Assembly: GCF_009914755.1 (NCBI RefSeq)
Contig: NC_060925.1
Length of the DNA: 64,000 bases
Reading direction: 5' to 3' (one strand)
Source: the human T2T-CHM13v2.0 reference genome, Homo sapiens
Shown here: positions 49,870 through 64,000 of the stretch, in pieces
How the letters are laid out: the number at the start of each line of letters is the position of its first letter
Numbering within the stretch: the stretch's first letter is position 1
Position numbers and translations under genes: made by a program
The notes under the pieces: model-generated
The model's input: the letters and a program-made list of their open reading frames with translations, nothing else
The model's database searches: none
What the model was told of the DNA's origin: nothing

Positions 49870-51245
49870 ATGAGTATGTTCTGTTTTCTCTTTGATTTTC
49901 TTGGTCAGTCTACCTGAAAGTTTGCCAATTTTGTTGATCTTTTTGAAGAATTAATTTTTTAAATTTCATTTGTTTTCTCTGTATTTCTTCTATTTTCTGT
50001 TTCATTTTTTTCTCCTTTCACTGTTTTATATGGTTTGCTTTAATTTTTTAGAATTTATCTTAAGAGGTAAAAGCTTAGGTTATCAATTTGATATCTTGTT
50101 TTCAATGTTGGTGTTTAAAACTATTAGTGTCCCTCTAAGCACTGCTTCCACATCCCATAAATTTAGATATATTGCTTTCATTTTCACTCAGCTTGAAATA
50201 ATTTCCAGTTATCTTTGTTTCTTCTTTGATTCATGTATTTTTAAGATATGCATTCTTTAGTTTTCAAATATATGTGAATTTTCCAATTTTTAATTTTTTT
50301 TTTTTTTTTGAGACAGAGTCTTGCCCTGTTGCCCAGACTGGAGTGCAGTGGCACGATCTCGGCTCACTGCAGGCTCCACCTCCTGCCTCATCTCCTGCCT
50401 CAGCCTCCTGAGTAGCTGGGACTACAAGTGCCTGCCACCATGTCCGGCTAATTTTTTTATGTTTTTAGTAGAGACGGGGTTTCACCGTGTTAGCCAGGAT
50501 GGTCTCGATCTCCTGACCTTGTGATCTGCCCGCCTCGGCCTGCCAAAGTGCTGGGATTACAGACGTGAGCCACCATGCCCGGCCTTTAATTGTTGATTTC
50601 TAGTTAATTGTTATGGTTGGTGAATATAGTTTGCATGATTTAAATTATTTTACATTTATTGAGACTTGTTTTGTGGCCAAGTACGTGGTCTGTCCTGGAG
50701 AATGTTCTGTGTGTGCTTATAAGAAGCATATATTCTGCTGTTTTTGTATGGAGTATTCTGTAGATTCAGAATTCAGGTTGGTTGATAATACTGCTCAAGT
50801 TTTCTATATTATTACTGATTTTCTGTCTCTTTGTTCTAGCGATTATTGAGACATATCTGATGAATATTGTTGAATTGTCTGTTTCCTTATTTCTGTCATT
50901 TTTTGCTTCATCTGTTTTGGAGATCTGTTAGTAGATGCAGGCATGTTTATAGTTATAGTTTCCTGATTAATATAACCTTTTAATGTTATAAAATGTCTAT
51001 TATTGTCTGTGGTAACTTTTCTTTCTTAGAATAGATTTTGTCAGATATTGGTATAGCTGTTCTCTCTTATGATTACTTTTTGCACGGTATGTTTCCATTT
51101 TTTTATTTACAACCTGGTTGCTTCTTTGAATCAATGTATATCTTCTATAGACAGGATATAGTTAGATCCTGTATAGTTTTTTTTTAATCCAGTCTTAGAA
51201 ATAATCTCTGCTTTTGATTAACATGTTTATGTACACTTAATGTTT
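49870..51245 (-). mobile_element. Old L1M ORF2 (EN region) fragment interrupted by AluY
   Basis: ccctctaagcactgcttcc...catcccataaattt...gtcctggagaatgttc motifs. Confidence 0.7.
50294..50584 (-). mobile_element. AluY
   Basis: ccgtgttagccaggatggtctcgatc diagnostics; short internal duplication tcctgcctca. Confidence 0.88.
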
Positions 51246-53719
51246 GACAATGTATAGAATTCAGCCATTTGAAATGGCACTAGTTAAATACATTTGTAGC
51301 TGTGTAAGCCAGGTAAATCAGTACTGTGACTTCTTGCTACTCTCACCCTGTGTTTGGTTACTAGCCTTAACAGGTAAGATCTATCTTGTTCTCTTGCCTT
51401 GTCTTGGCAATGTGCTTGCTATTCCAGCACCCTTGAAACTAGGGCTCTGTTCAGTTTTGATCAGACCCACCTACAGCTTCCTCAAAATAACCATTTGACC
51501 TAAAACTCAGGCTTGGCAGCTGGGAAACTCTCATTTAAGTTGTTATAATACTTTCCCGATCTTTGTGGGAACAAGGTGGGGATAGACAGATACCCATAAC
51601 ATATCACAGTAGCTAATATTCAGGGAAAGCAAAGTTTAATTAATTTTAGTTTATTGTACTTACAAATGGAGTAGCCCAGTTTAGAATGATTTGTATCGAA
51701 ATAAAGAGTTAAATAAGCTTGGACACATAGAGCTACTTCTCCAGTATTTTTTTTTAAACTTTTTTTGAAAACATTCAGACAGAAAGGCATGTTTCCTGAG
51801 AGTTGTTTATTACCAAGTTTTTTCTGTGCTAAAATTAGTAGTCACAGATATGTAAAAAATTGCCCTCCTTTTTTAAGGAAGAGAAGGAACCCTAGAAAAC
51901 TAGTGTAGGCTTGTAGTTCTTCCTTAATCTTAGATTTAATTTGTTCTGGAAACATAGAACTTTAGAGATTACTTACCCAGAACCTTCAGGAATGTCTATC
52001 TGGGAATGATTATTGGTATACACTATTACTTATTATATAATAGTAGTAGTAATAATAATGGTTATGATGATCTCTCATGTAGTGAGAACTCAAGAAGGAC
52101 AAAGTTCATATGCAAAACAGTATGTTTTGCTTCTTCATTTGTCATTTCAAGATATATGTTTGGTGGATCTAGATGGAATGGATTTTGTATCATTAAAAAA
52201 ACAACCCTTAAACTTCTGTTGATACTCAGGAGGCTTAGTATACTATAGCCTATTGGCATAAAGTGCTGAATTTTCCCCAGGGTTACCACTGAAGGAAGAA
52301 AGTCTGGACGAGTAGTTTCCTGGCATATGCTTCTTGAATTGTTGGCTATTTTGGTGTCAAATTTTATGTTGAGAGTTTCATGTTTTAATGACAAAAATGT
52401 TTACTGGAAATTATAGCTTGGAAAAGAGAGCCACTTTCCTGCTTCAGTAGAAAGCTAGGTAAAGCATTGATGTGGGGTAAAGTAGCTGTGGAGTTTTATA
52501 TTCAGATTGTATGAACAGTAAACAGAGCATCTAAAATAACCACTTGCACGTTGCAACAAACACATCATCATTTGCTTAAAAAAGAGTTATAATTACAGTT
52601 GACGAAGCATGGACACCATAAAAAATGCATTAGTTTGGCTTGACACATTAATTACCTGTTTTTGCAGATGTTTTTATGTATTGTTGTATGAACAGTTTAC
52701 AAAATAATTACAGGAAAGTCATATGGAAAATAAACTAAGTGGGTGGTTTCTCGTCTAAATATTTTCATTCATGTGAATCTGTGAGGCACAGCTGCTCTAT
52801 AGCAAAAGCAGAGAGATAGATGAGGATTCTCGAAGTGTTTTTTATTAGTCGATCTCTCATCAGTATCACCACATTTTTATATCTGTAGCAATACAGTTTA
52901 AAAACATTTGAGAGGGCTGATTTATTCCCTGTGATTACTCAAAAATCTTTGATTCTGATCAGAAGAAATGTGGATATCTACGATTATTTTAAAGTAAACC
53001 AAATGAAACCCAAAAAACCCTAAATGAAAATCTATTATTTTAGTTCTGACAGGTTATTAGGCACCTTGAGAAAGAGTTAATCATTATTTTGTAATTACTT
53101 GAGTTATGCAGTTTTATATTACTTATAGCTTATTATATCTTTATAATTAAACTTTGTCATGTGTAAATTACACAGTTCAGCTTATTTGTTCTCTCTTATG
53201 AAGTATTAAAACTGTAAATCTGCCTTTTCTCAGAAGCATACTGTGTTGCCGTTAGTGTTCTCAAAATGGGTTTCATCTGAAAAATAGCCAGGTCATTATA
53301 CAGAGATATTTTACCTTTACAAAATATTACGGAACACATCATTCAAAATTATAACTGTCAAACAATAAAAAGATAGCTTTGTAGACATCATTCTGTTTAC
53401 ACAGTGGTTTATAATTACTTAGAATATCTGTGCTGTATTTTCCTCATGTTATTACAATTTTTCATAAAATTAAATCAAAATATAGATTCTCCTTTTAGTC
53501 CAATCATGCATCTTTTGGAATATGTTCACCTGTATTCCTTTTGTTTGCATTTCAGCTACACGGATGATGAAGACCATAATTAAAGATACTTTCCCTGACA
53601 TGCATTTTATGTAACTATTGTTTAAGTTAGAGAAAGACACTAAGTTATAGAAAGAGGTAATTGAGACATCAGTAGGCATGAAGGTATTGTTATCAGACCT
53701 TATAATAGTGGTGGCAAGT

Positions 53720-54081
53720 CATATACAACATGGAATACTATGCAGCCATAAAAAAGGATGAGTTCATGTCCTTTGTAGGGACATGGATGAAGCTGGAAAC
53801 ATAATTCTGAGCAAACTATCGCAAGGACACAAAACCAAACACCACATATTCTCACTCATAGGTGAGAATTGAACAATGAGAACACTTGGACACAGGGTGG
53901 GGAACATCACACACTGGGGCCTGTCATGGGGTGGGGGGATGGGGGAGGGATAGCATTAGGAGAATATCTAACATAAATGACGAATTAATGGGTGCAGCAA
54001 ACCAACATGGCACATGTATACATATGTAACAGATCTGCACATTGTGCACATGTACCCTAGAACTTAAAGTATAATAAAAAA
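53720..54081 (+). mobile_element. Heavily 5'-truncated L1PA (L1PA5-like) 3' end, about 360 bp
   Basis: L1 3'UTR with G-rich tract and aataaa/A tail; perfect 16-bp TSD aatagtggtggcaagt at 53704-53719 and 54082-54097. Confidence 0.95.
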
Positions 54082-54403
54082 AATAGTGGTGGCAAGTAAT
54101 TTATATACTTATCCATTCATTTGTTTAACAAAATTTTATTGAAGGTCTTCTACATGTAATGTTCTATGACAGTGCTGAGATGACTATAAACATTGAGATG
54201 ACCATGTGCCTGGAACATAGTAGATAACTCAGAAACTATTAGGCATCTTTTAAAGGGGATAGGAGGGGCAGGAATAAATGATAGAGAACATTTTCACTCT
54301 GGTAGTTTATATAAAGGAAGTTAATTGTTAGGGAGGATTTTCTCTGTTACTCTGAAATTGTTTTCAAATGTGATATAGTCTGAGAGTATTACTTGACTCA
54401 TTC

Positions 54404-54697
54404 TTTTTTTTTTTTGGTGACAAAGTCTCGCTCTGTCACCCAGGGTGGAGTGCAGGGGCACCATCTTGGCTTACTGCAGCTTCTGCCTCCCAGGTTCAAA
54501 TGATTCTCCTGCCTCAACCACCTGAGTAACTGGGATTACAGGTGTGCACCACCATGCCCAGCTAATTTTTGTATTTTTAATAGAGATGGGGTTTAACCAT
54601 GTTGGCCAGGCTGGTCTTGAATTCCTGACCTCAAATGATCCACCTGCTTTGGCCTCCCAAAGTGCTGGGATTACAGGTGTGACCCACTGCACCTGCC
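54404..54697 (-). mobile_element. AluS
   Basis: Full antisense Alu; TSD tcattcttt. Confidence 0.88.
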
Positions 54698-55278
54698 CTC
54701 ATTCTTTGAATCATTTAAATATGGAGATATATCTGTTTGTGTTAACAGCCATTTGAAAAAAGATGAAATGGAGTCTATTCTGATTCTGATGTATTAATAC
54801 ACTAAGTCAATTTAATTTTTATGGTAGAGATGCATTAAAGGAGTCTGAAACTTCATGGGTTGAGAATAATAAACTGCTTGTTATCAGTAATTGTCTTGAT
54901 CACTTTAGATCATTTCAAAGGAAAAATATGGGAATTAATATCATGGCATCAAGAAAACAATTATTGGACTCTAGATTCTTCCGTAGATTTTCTACTTCTC
55001 TTAAGATGTGTGTCTCATGGCCAGTGAAAGAATGAGGAAAATCCTTTTTGGGGGTCAGGAGACTTTCCATGTTTACCAGATTAAAAACTCATAATTTATG
55101 TGGAGTTTCATTTCCAAATTTTCTCTGATGATATTTTTATTCCTTCTCATAAGGAAAAATTTTAGTTCCTTAGTTTTGGCTCTTTCTTTTTCGTTTGGTG
55201 TCTGTCATTAGATCTTTGTGATGTTTTAATCTTAATTTTTTATAAGCCATTTGACTTTAGAACATAAGAGAAACTTAA

Positions 55279-55660
<382 letters not shown>

Positions 55661-57623
55661 AGCAATGTTATTTTGAAGGGAGTAAATAAGTCTTTGGATT
55701 CTCTCTTTAAAATTGCATAACAAGGAAAAATAGGTTAGGGAGCAGAAAGAAATTGTTGAATCTAAGAACACTGTCTCTGTAGGTATTTAACACTCTATGA
55801 TATAATGATGTATAATATTTGTTTTCAGTTAGTGTTACTGATAGCAGAAAAACTGCTAGACATTATTGAAAACAATCATAATTGAGGCATTGCCTGGGCA
55901 TCAATATTATGACTTTTACTATTCTTTGGTGACTCTCTGAATTTCTAGGGTCACATGAAATTGGTTTTGAAAAAACATTAATAGGGGGTTGACTAAATGC
56001 AAATGGAAATCAGATTCCCTGACTGGTTCATGTTATACATGGAAAGACTGATGGCTTCAGAGTTGTGGTAGATGTGTAGAACTATAAATTACTGTTCTTC
56101 TCAAGGTTGCCTTTTGTTGTCAGAACACTTAGCATAAGGCAGAAATGGTAGGCTGTACCTGAAAAGAACAAAACACCATTAAACATAATAAATCAGCACT
56201 TAAAAAAAACTAACTGTAACTACCAAGGCCATCTCAAGTGTGAGTTTTCTTTTATGTGACTAAAGTTGTTAACAACAACAACAAAAAAGAAGGCAAAAAA
56301 GCAGCAACAAACAAAAACTCAAACCGAGTTTGATTTGGATGTTCTTTCTATTGTGATAAATCTGAATGAAATCAAGCATGCTTGACTAAGCACAGGGCCC
56401 ATTGGGAGAGTATTTGTGGTGTAGAGAAATAAAGATAAGAATATAATAAAATGTGACTAAGTAGAGTCTTATGTGGGGATTAACTTCTGTGCATGTGGCA
56501 GAAATCAAATAGAGTCAAAATACTCTTAATAGCCCCTTAAAATTTCCCACGAAACACAGATATAGACATACTGTCTTTCAAGATGTTTAAATTGGCTTGT
56601 TCTTCCTCCAGCATGGCTTTTCTTTTGTTGAACAAATGATGAGGCTGTTAGTTATATTCTTTTTAGTGACTAAGAGTAGAATTGAAAGAACCGTTTTTTA
56701 TTCTAGGTTGCGAAACTGAATTTTATTAGTTCCATGAGTAAAAATGCCTCTTGATTTTTTTTTTTTAAATGGGCAAATGAGAAAAGGCCATTGTTATCCA
56801 AATACATATTTGGGTAATAAAGATGTTCAAGAGACCAGTTTTTCTCAGAAAGACCTGTTCTCTTTTACATGGTATGACATATAACTCTTTGTAGCTCCAG
56901 TTTTCCTGTATGTTTGTCTGTTGTCTCTCCATTCTGATTCTGCTTTGCTTTGTTGCCTAACAGGCACCTTTCTCAAATTCTTATGTTTATTTCTCTGTAT
57001 CTTTGTTTCCATACTCACCTGTACTTCTCCTGTGCTCTGTATTTTTCTTGTCCTACTCAGAAACAGTAGAATAATCAAATTCAAATTCAGTTATGGTACT
57101 TTATATTGAAAGGTAGCTTAGGATAGTGGCAAGTACCCTGAAGTATGGTGTAAGACATGGTTTAGGTTCAGGCTCTTATAGTAACTGTGTAACTGAGAAA
57201 GACATTTCACATTCCTCAGACTTAATTTTCTTATAAAAGAGAAGAGATATATTTCTTATAAATAGAATATGGTATAATGAAGGGTGCCAAGTGGTGATGG
57301 CTTCTTGGATAAGTTAGAATTTCTGGATTCCGTTATCTGTATACCGTGCCTTCTATAAACTTTTCTTAGTGACTGAAGTCAGAGATGGTGCACTGAGAAA
57401 CACAGCATGGGTAATTGAGTGTTTCTGTAAATTTCATCAACAACTTTGGATTTTCTCCTCATATCTACTCAGCTACTCCCTATCAGAGATCACACACTAT
57501 AATCACCCTGTATGATCAGAAATTGAGAAGGTGAAGAAACACAGGTTGTCACAATCCACATTAAGACATCTCTTATGATACACCAGAACTTTTTAACATA
57601 AAGGTTATTAAATAATGGGAACA

Positions 57624-57940
57624 ATTTTTCTTTCTTTTTTTCTTTAAAGACAGAGTCTTGCTCTGTTCCCCAGGTTGGAGTGCAGTGGTTCATGCAGTGG
57701 CATGAGCGTGGCTCACCACAGCCATGATTTCCCAGGTTCATGTGATCCTCCTGCCTCAGCCTCCCAAGTAGCTGGAACCACAGGTGCGCACCAACACGCC
57801 TGGCTGACTTTTGTATTTTCAATAGAGACAGACATGGGATCTTGCTATGTTGCCCAGGCTTGTGTTGAACTCCTGGGATCAAGCAGTTCTCTCACCTTGG
57901 CCTCCCAAAGTGCTGGAATTGTAGGAGTGAGCCACAGCCT
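57624..57940 (-). mobile_element. AluJ
   Basis: Antisense Alu with an internal duplication (tgcagtgg twice). Confidence 0.83.
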
Positions 57941-58326
57941 AGTTTTTCTTTTTTGAATGCCTAAGCCCACTGGAAATTCTTGCTGTAGCTGAATGATTAA
58001 CAGATAATCATTGTGGACTGTGTGTGTGTATTTTAAAAGGGAGAACAAGAAATCAAGCAGGTTAGAGTTAATTAAACATTTTTTGGTCAATTAAAATCTG
58101 TTTAAAGTCACATTTGTCAATAATTTGACTAGTTAGAAATATCCTGGAAATCTATAGAGTCATCTTTTTTTTTTTCTGGTACTGACAAACCTGAATAAGC
58201 ATTCAGGAGCAGAAATCTTCAAGAGATAGTTTTTATTCTTGGATGCTGCTGTTGATCAGCAGTGATTATGACCTCCTTTTAAGGGATTGATAAGGAAGGA
58301 ACCGTAGTATTTATGTATAAGGTTAC

Positions 58327-58934
<608 letters not shown>

Positions 58935-59835
58935 TATATATAAGGCTACATTTAAAAAGCCTTTCAGTATTTCCATCACATCATTGTAGTTTCCTTGGAA
59001 GTGGAACCACCATATTCAGCAGGAGTCCATTTCAACTTCTGGCTTCTGGTTCTTGTTTCTGTTACTATGGAGACTGCCTAGAAAGTGGCAGAAAAACCAA
59101 AAGTTTAAAAAATAGTAATTTGATTATAAAATATGGCTTTAATTCTAGCTTTAACTAGTTGTTCCATATCTTGACATTTCGAATTCCAAATTATTTGGTG
59201 AGTTTTTTTTTTTTACGAAGCAAATTTTGAAACTTTATTAAAGCTTAAACACACTGAATTAAAAAGTAAATTGCCATAGTTTTTATTATATTTGAGCCTA
59301 AGGTGAATCAAAAATCTTAAATGGGGATTTAAATTAGGGCTTGGAAGGCATTATATAATCTGAAATGAGAAGAGCTAATGACAATGGAAATAGCAGACTC
59401 CAGACACAGTAAACCCTAAACCAAAGGACTAGTATTGTGTAGAAATAGCAAATAGATAGCTTTTATTATGTGGCATGTTTTATCTTCAAAGTATGTTATA
59501 GTTATTTAAGTGATTTTCACAGAATATACTCATTTTTCAACTGAGTAGAAAAGCCCTCTAAAACCTTGCCTTTAGGACGTAAGCAGATTGTAAGGGTAGA
59601 GGCAGAAGTACACTGACATTTTAATTGCGGGTTGAGGAGTTGGAGAGTTAATAAATAAATGTAGATGGTTCCACAGTTAAAAAGCAATAGAAATTTTCCC
59701 CCCACCAAGACCAGTTATATTTGTGAATTCCTCATGAAGGAGAGAAGAGGTGGAATAGTAATGTAAAAGGTGTGAAATGAAAGTTATTTAGCGAAATTGC
59801 AATCCCAACTTTGTTGCAGCTTTTCGTTGAGGTCC

Positions 59836-60385
59836 GTATTTAGTCAGGATTCTTTGGTTTGCATGTGCGGAAATCCAAATTCGGACTACCTCAGGGAAAG
59901 AAGGGCAGGAATGTAGCTTTGCCTGAAATCAGGGATGCCAGTTACATTAGAGGAAAGTAGGTTCACCTGAAAACACTGGGATTTCTTTCTATTTTTTCTT
60001 TTAAGTCTCGTATATCTGCTTTCTGAGTTAAGTTCGTTCTTTCACATTGGCCTTTTTTTGCATTGGCAGAAACCAGCTGTTGGCAGTTCCTACTCCTCTT
60101 ATTTATAGCTCGAATAACAGAGACAGTCCAGTTTGTGTTGTGCCAATTCCTCCCTTCTTCAACTGTGGCCAGGAGGATAGGGTTCTATGATTGGCTCAGC
60201 TCCTGACTAGGGGGGCCCATCCTTGGCTAAATGGACCTTGGTGATTAGAGGGACTGATATCTGAAACAAGAAAGCAGCTTTCATTCAAACCACCTGGTTA
60301 GTGATGAGGGGAAGGGGTAGAAGAGTATGATGGGAAGAAGAAAGGGACATTTCCCAGAAGCAGAAGATGCTGTTCCAGGCAGAAA
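59836..60385 (-). mobile_element. MLT1K/L-like LTR
   Basis: tagtcaggattctttggtttgca...gaaatccaaattc start and gatgctgttccaggcagaa end. Confidence 0.55.
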
Positions 60386-60512
60386 TAAGAAGAGGGTTCT
60401 ACTAGTAGTCTTTTGGGGGAAATTATCTCTTTATTATAATTCAGTTCACTTCAGTTCAGCAAACCAGGAAACATTGTTTTGTAGGATTTGGTTTTTAGAA
60501 AAAAACCAAGGT

Positions 60513-60518
<6 letters not shown>

Positions 60519-60574
<56 letters not shown>
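60519..60574. repeat. (CA)28 microsatellite
   Basis: 56 bp of uninterrupted CA. Confidence 0.97.
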
Positions 60575-60575
<1 letters not shown>

Positions 60576-60941
60576 CAGCTGTTGCATTTGGTCCTATTTG
60601 TTGAGTTGCTTAGTTGTATAATGTCTGGACTAGGGCTAGTCTTTTTGTCTTCAGAGCTTTTTACAAATAGACATTTCTTATATATTTGACTCCTACAAAA
60701 ATACATCAAATTATCAATACATATTTAAATAGGAGAATGTTAGAATTTGGATAAATGAAATCAATGGGGGGTAATAGTTAGACTTGGTTGATACTAATAA
60801 CTTTCATGTCTTTTCCAATTTTGAATATCTCTTCTTTTTTGTTAGAAATGTGAACAAGCAGTGTATTGGGTAGAAGGAAGTTAATTTTCAGGTTGAACTG
60901 AGGAAAATTTATTTTTTACATGTCCAGACTTTTTTTTTTAG

Positions 60942-61057
60942 GAGAGTCAAGCCCTACCCGTCGAGAAGCTGTGAAGAGAAGAACAGCCGAGTACCTCATG
61001 CGGGCAGAAAGTATCTCTAGTCTTTATGGGAAACCTCAGCTTGATGATGTATCTCAG
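60942..61057 (+). CDS. RPS6KC1: RPS6KC1 internal coding exon (116 nt, phase 1 to 0; probably exon 7), C-terminal helix of the MIT domain
   Basis: Acceptor ctttttttttttag|GA and donor TCAG|gtatgt. Reads (G)ESSPTRREAVKRRTAEYLMRAESISSLYGKPQLDDVSQ, in frame with the previous exon. Confidence 0.97.
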
Positions 61058-61700
61058 GTATGTCTCATATTTTGTTGTGTGTTTTCTTCAGTGATTTTTT
61101 GCTGTCTGGTCTCTCTGCTTTATTTCTAATTAGAATGTTATAGGATTTTGATTTTTTGAATTTTATTAATGATTTTCATAAAGGTTGTTGGTAGAAAGAA
61201 ATGCATTATAGCAAACCACCAAAAGTGGAATAAAATAAGACTTGCTTTCTCCTTTTCTTGGTCTTTTATTAGTTTCTTACTGTACCCTTAATCTCCTCAT
61301 CTGTAGATTGACAGTAATTTATACTGTTATGATATCTATTTGTATTTGGACATTTTAAAGTTAGATTGTGATTCTTGTATAATTGTTCTCCAGTTTTATT
61401 GATTCATGTTAAAACTATTCATTTTAAGCCTAAGTTATACAAGTATATGCTATTGGTCACCTGGAATTATAAAAGCATAATTCTAGCAGAGATAGTTATG
61501 TTATTTGGGACTTCTGCTAGACTTGTCTAAAACGCAGATGAATACTGAAAACATTAGAAACATTGCAGGTTATTATTGTTTTTATGCTGTATCGACCTGG
61601 ATTTGGCAAATTTCTGGAGGAAACTTTTCTGTTATTTTTTTTCTTTATATCAAATGCAATTTAAGAATTGTGTCTTCCGGAAATGGGAGAAAGGGTTTAG

Positions 61701-61968
<268 letters not shown>

Positions 61969-61989
61969 TAGTTTATTTTCTTAATTGAT

Positions 61990-62150
61990 CTAAGAGTCAG
62001 GCAGGCTTGTTCATATCCAGCTCTGCCACTTGAAGTCATAGAAGATTGGACAAGATACTTAATCCCACTTCTGCATGTCAGTTTCTATATCTGAATAATG
62101 AGAATATAGTAATTTTTTGCTGGGTAGTTACTAGGATTAAATGAAGTAAA
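61990..62150. mobile_element. MIR
   Basis: agagtcaggcagg...tccagctctgccactt...tcagtttctatatctg MIR core. Confidence 0.7.
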
Positions 62151-62848
62151 AAAAAAAATTTCTGTGGATTACACATATACACATAAATCAAGTGCCTCTC
62201 TAGCATGAAGATCAGCCCATAAGCCAAAGACTAAGTTTTAGCCTCATTCTTCATTTCCCCTTCATATACCGGCTTATATACTTTTTCCTACACATTTTTA
62301 TGCTTTGTATGCTTTTTGAAAATGATAAGATAGCAGTTGTCAAAACTGTACTAATCAGTGTAAGACATTCTGAGAATTTCTGATGTTAAGTGTTTGACCA
62401 TTTCTTATAAAACAAAAAGATTGTGTTTCAACTTGCAAGCCATATATACTTATGTTGCTCTAACATAATCTAACATAATGATTGTGTTTTAAATGACATT
62501 ATTCTGCTGATTGATTTTCAGATTGTGAATTACTGCGACTCTTTTAGTCTGTATTCTGTTTGCTAATCTTATCCTATTCTCTATCATTGTTCTTTTAATT
62601 ATATTAAATTTATTTCCTTTACTTTTTCACCATTGAATTTTATCTTTTTAAGTGGAATATTTATGTAAACATTACTTTGATTCAATTCCCATTTTCCGTG
62701 GGATTGACAACCTTCCTCGTGTGCAGTACTAATGTGTATATACTCAATTTCATTTTGGGGGGGCATTGATGAAAGCATTAACATAATTCCCTGTGAACTT
62801 GCTTTACTAAATCCATCTTGTATATAAATATTGTAAAAGTTTTTTTAA

Positions 62849-63166
<318 letters not shown>

Positions 63167-64000
63167 AGTATTCTAAAAGTTTTAGGGATTTAAAATTACC
63201 AGTATTCTATTCATTCTTATAACATTAAATTTGAATGGTTTACCTATACTTATTCATGTAATCCTCCTACTTTTGCATCCCTGTTAGTTTCCTATAGGCA
63301 TATCTATGAAGCAATAATTTCTTAGGTAAATAAGTATGTTGAGCCTCCTGTATAGTTTTAACTAGAAGAATAGAACCATGAAGTATATCAGTCAGAATTT
63401 CTTCAAGTATAACTTCTAATGAGAATAAAACAGAAGAGATCTAATATAGGAAAGCTGATTACATTTGATTATACAGTAATTCATTAAGCATCTTTTAAGA
63501 CTGTATATAGAATCAAACTAGATATACTTTGGAGTTATACAAAAGATGATGACACAGCCTGCTCTTGCAAATCCTGTAGCATAGTTGAGGACCTGTATAT
63601 GTACATAGTTGAGCAAACAAAGTTACACTGGTAAGAGCCATCCTAATGGGAAATTCTATCAGAAAGGATAAAAAGGAGTGCCTTCTGAATCTGATTTGAC
63701 ATGTAGGATTTTTTCGGTTCTTAGGCAAGGAGGCTAGAGGAGAGTAGGCACAGTATTTTTCTTTTATGGTAAACATTTGCTTTTTAAATTTTCCTTTTGT
63801 ATGTTATTTTGTTAAGCCTGGCCCTTTTTGGCCAAGAGCATCCTTGATTATTTTCTCATGTATAATTTAAGTTAAAAGTCTTCCAGAGGATTGTGATTAG
63901 CTTGGTGCATTTATTATTTCACTTCTTTAACCATCTTTGGGTCTGAATTTCAACCAACACAATGAGAGGATTTGTGTAAATGATTTCTAAGGCCCCTTTA

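Noticed and set aside
51299-51379. Strong donor CAG|gtaaga at about 51373
   Set aside because: No adequate upstream polypyrimidine acceptor to define an exon.
60921-60946. Alternative acceptors near the third exon (tccag at 60927; TAGGAG tandem)
   Set aside because: The upstream AG precedes the pyrimidine tract and is out of frame, and GAG acceptors are rarely used.

Overview
This is primate (very probably human) genomic DNA from inside the RPS6KC1 gene on the + strand. It holds three coding exons: 10407-10500, 22595-22957 and 60942-61057. They splice in frame and encode the linker after the PX domain and the MIT domain. The rest is intron, packed with transposable elements: about 22 Alu/FLAM copies (mostly antisense to the gene), a 5'-truncated young L1PA ending about 325 nt upstream of the first exon, a Tigger1 split by an L1PA15-like element, and a near full-length L1MA1-like element carrying an Alu and a full-length SVA_E/F-like element with target-site duplication (TSD). 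Charlie1a, MER58B, MER96, MLT1 LTRs and several microsatellites are also present. Nearly all ORFs in the supplied track are repeat-derived or spurious. The strongest unexplained signal is a 118-bp, about 91%-identical inverted repeat (14883-15000 / 15207-15324) that I cannot assign to any repeat family. It would fold the pre-mRNA into a long dsRNA hairpin about 400 bp from a perfect CTCF motif. Other candidates are a stop-free circularisable exon flanked by inverted Alus, a possible poison cassette exon, an 82-nt Tigger4 mini-hairpin, an atypical G4-forming SVA hexamer head and an L1 ORF1-ORF2 fusion. Repeat subfamily calls come from recalled consensus sequences, not a RepeatMasker run, so they and their edges are approximate. 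I found no evidence of a new multi-gene system.
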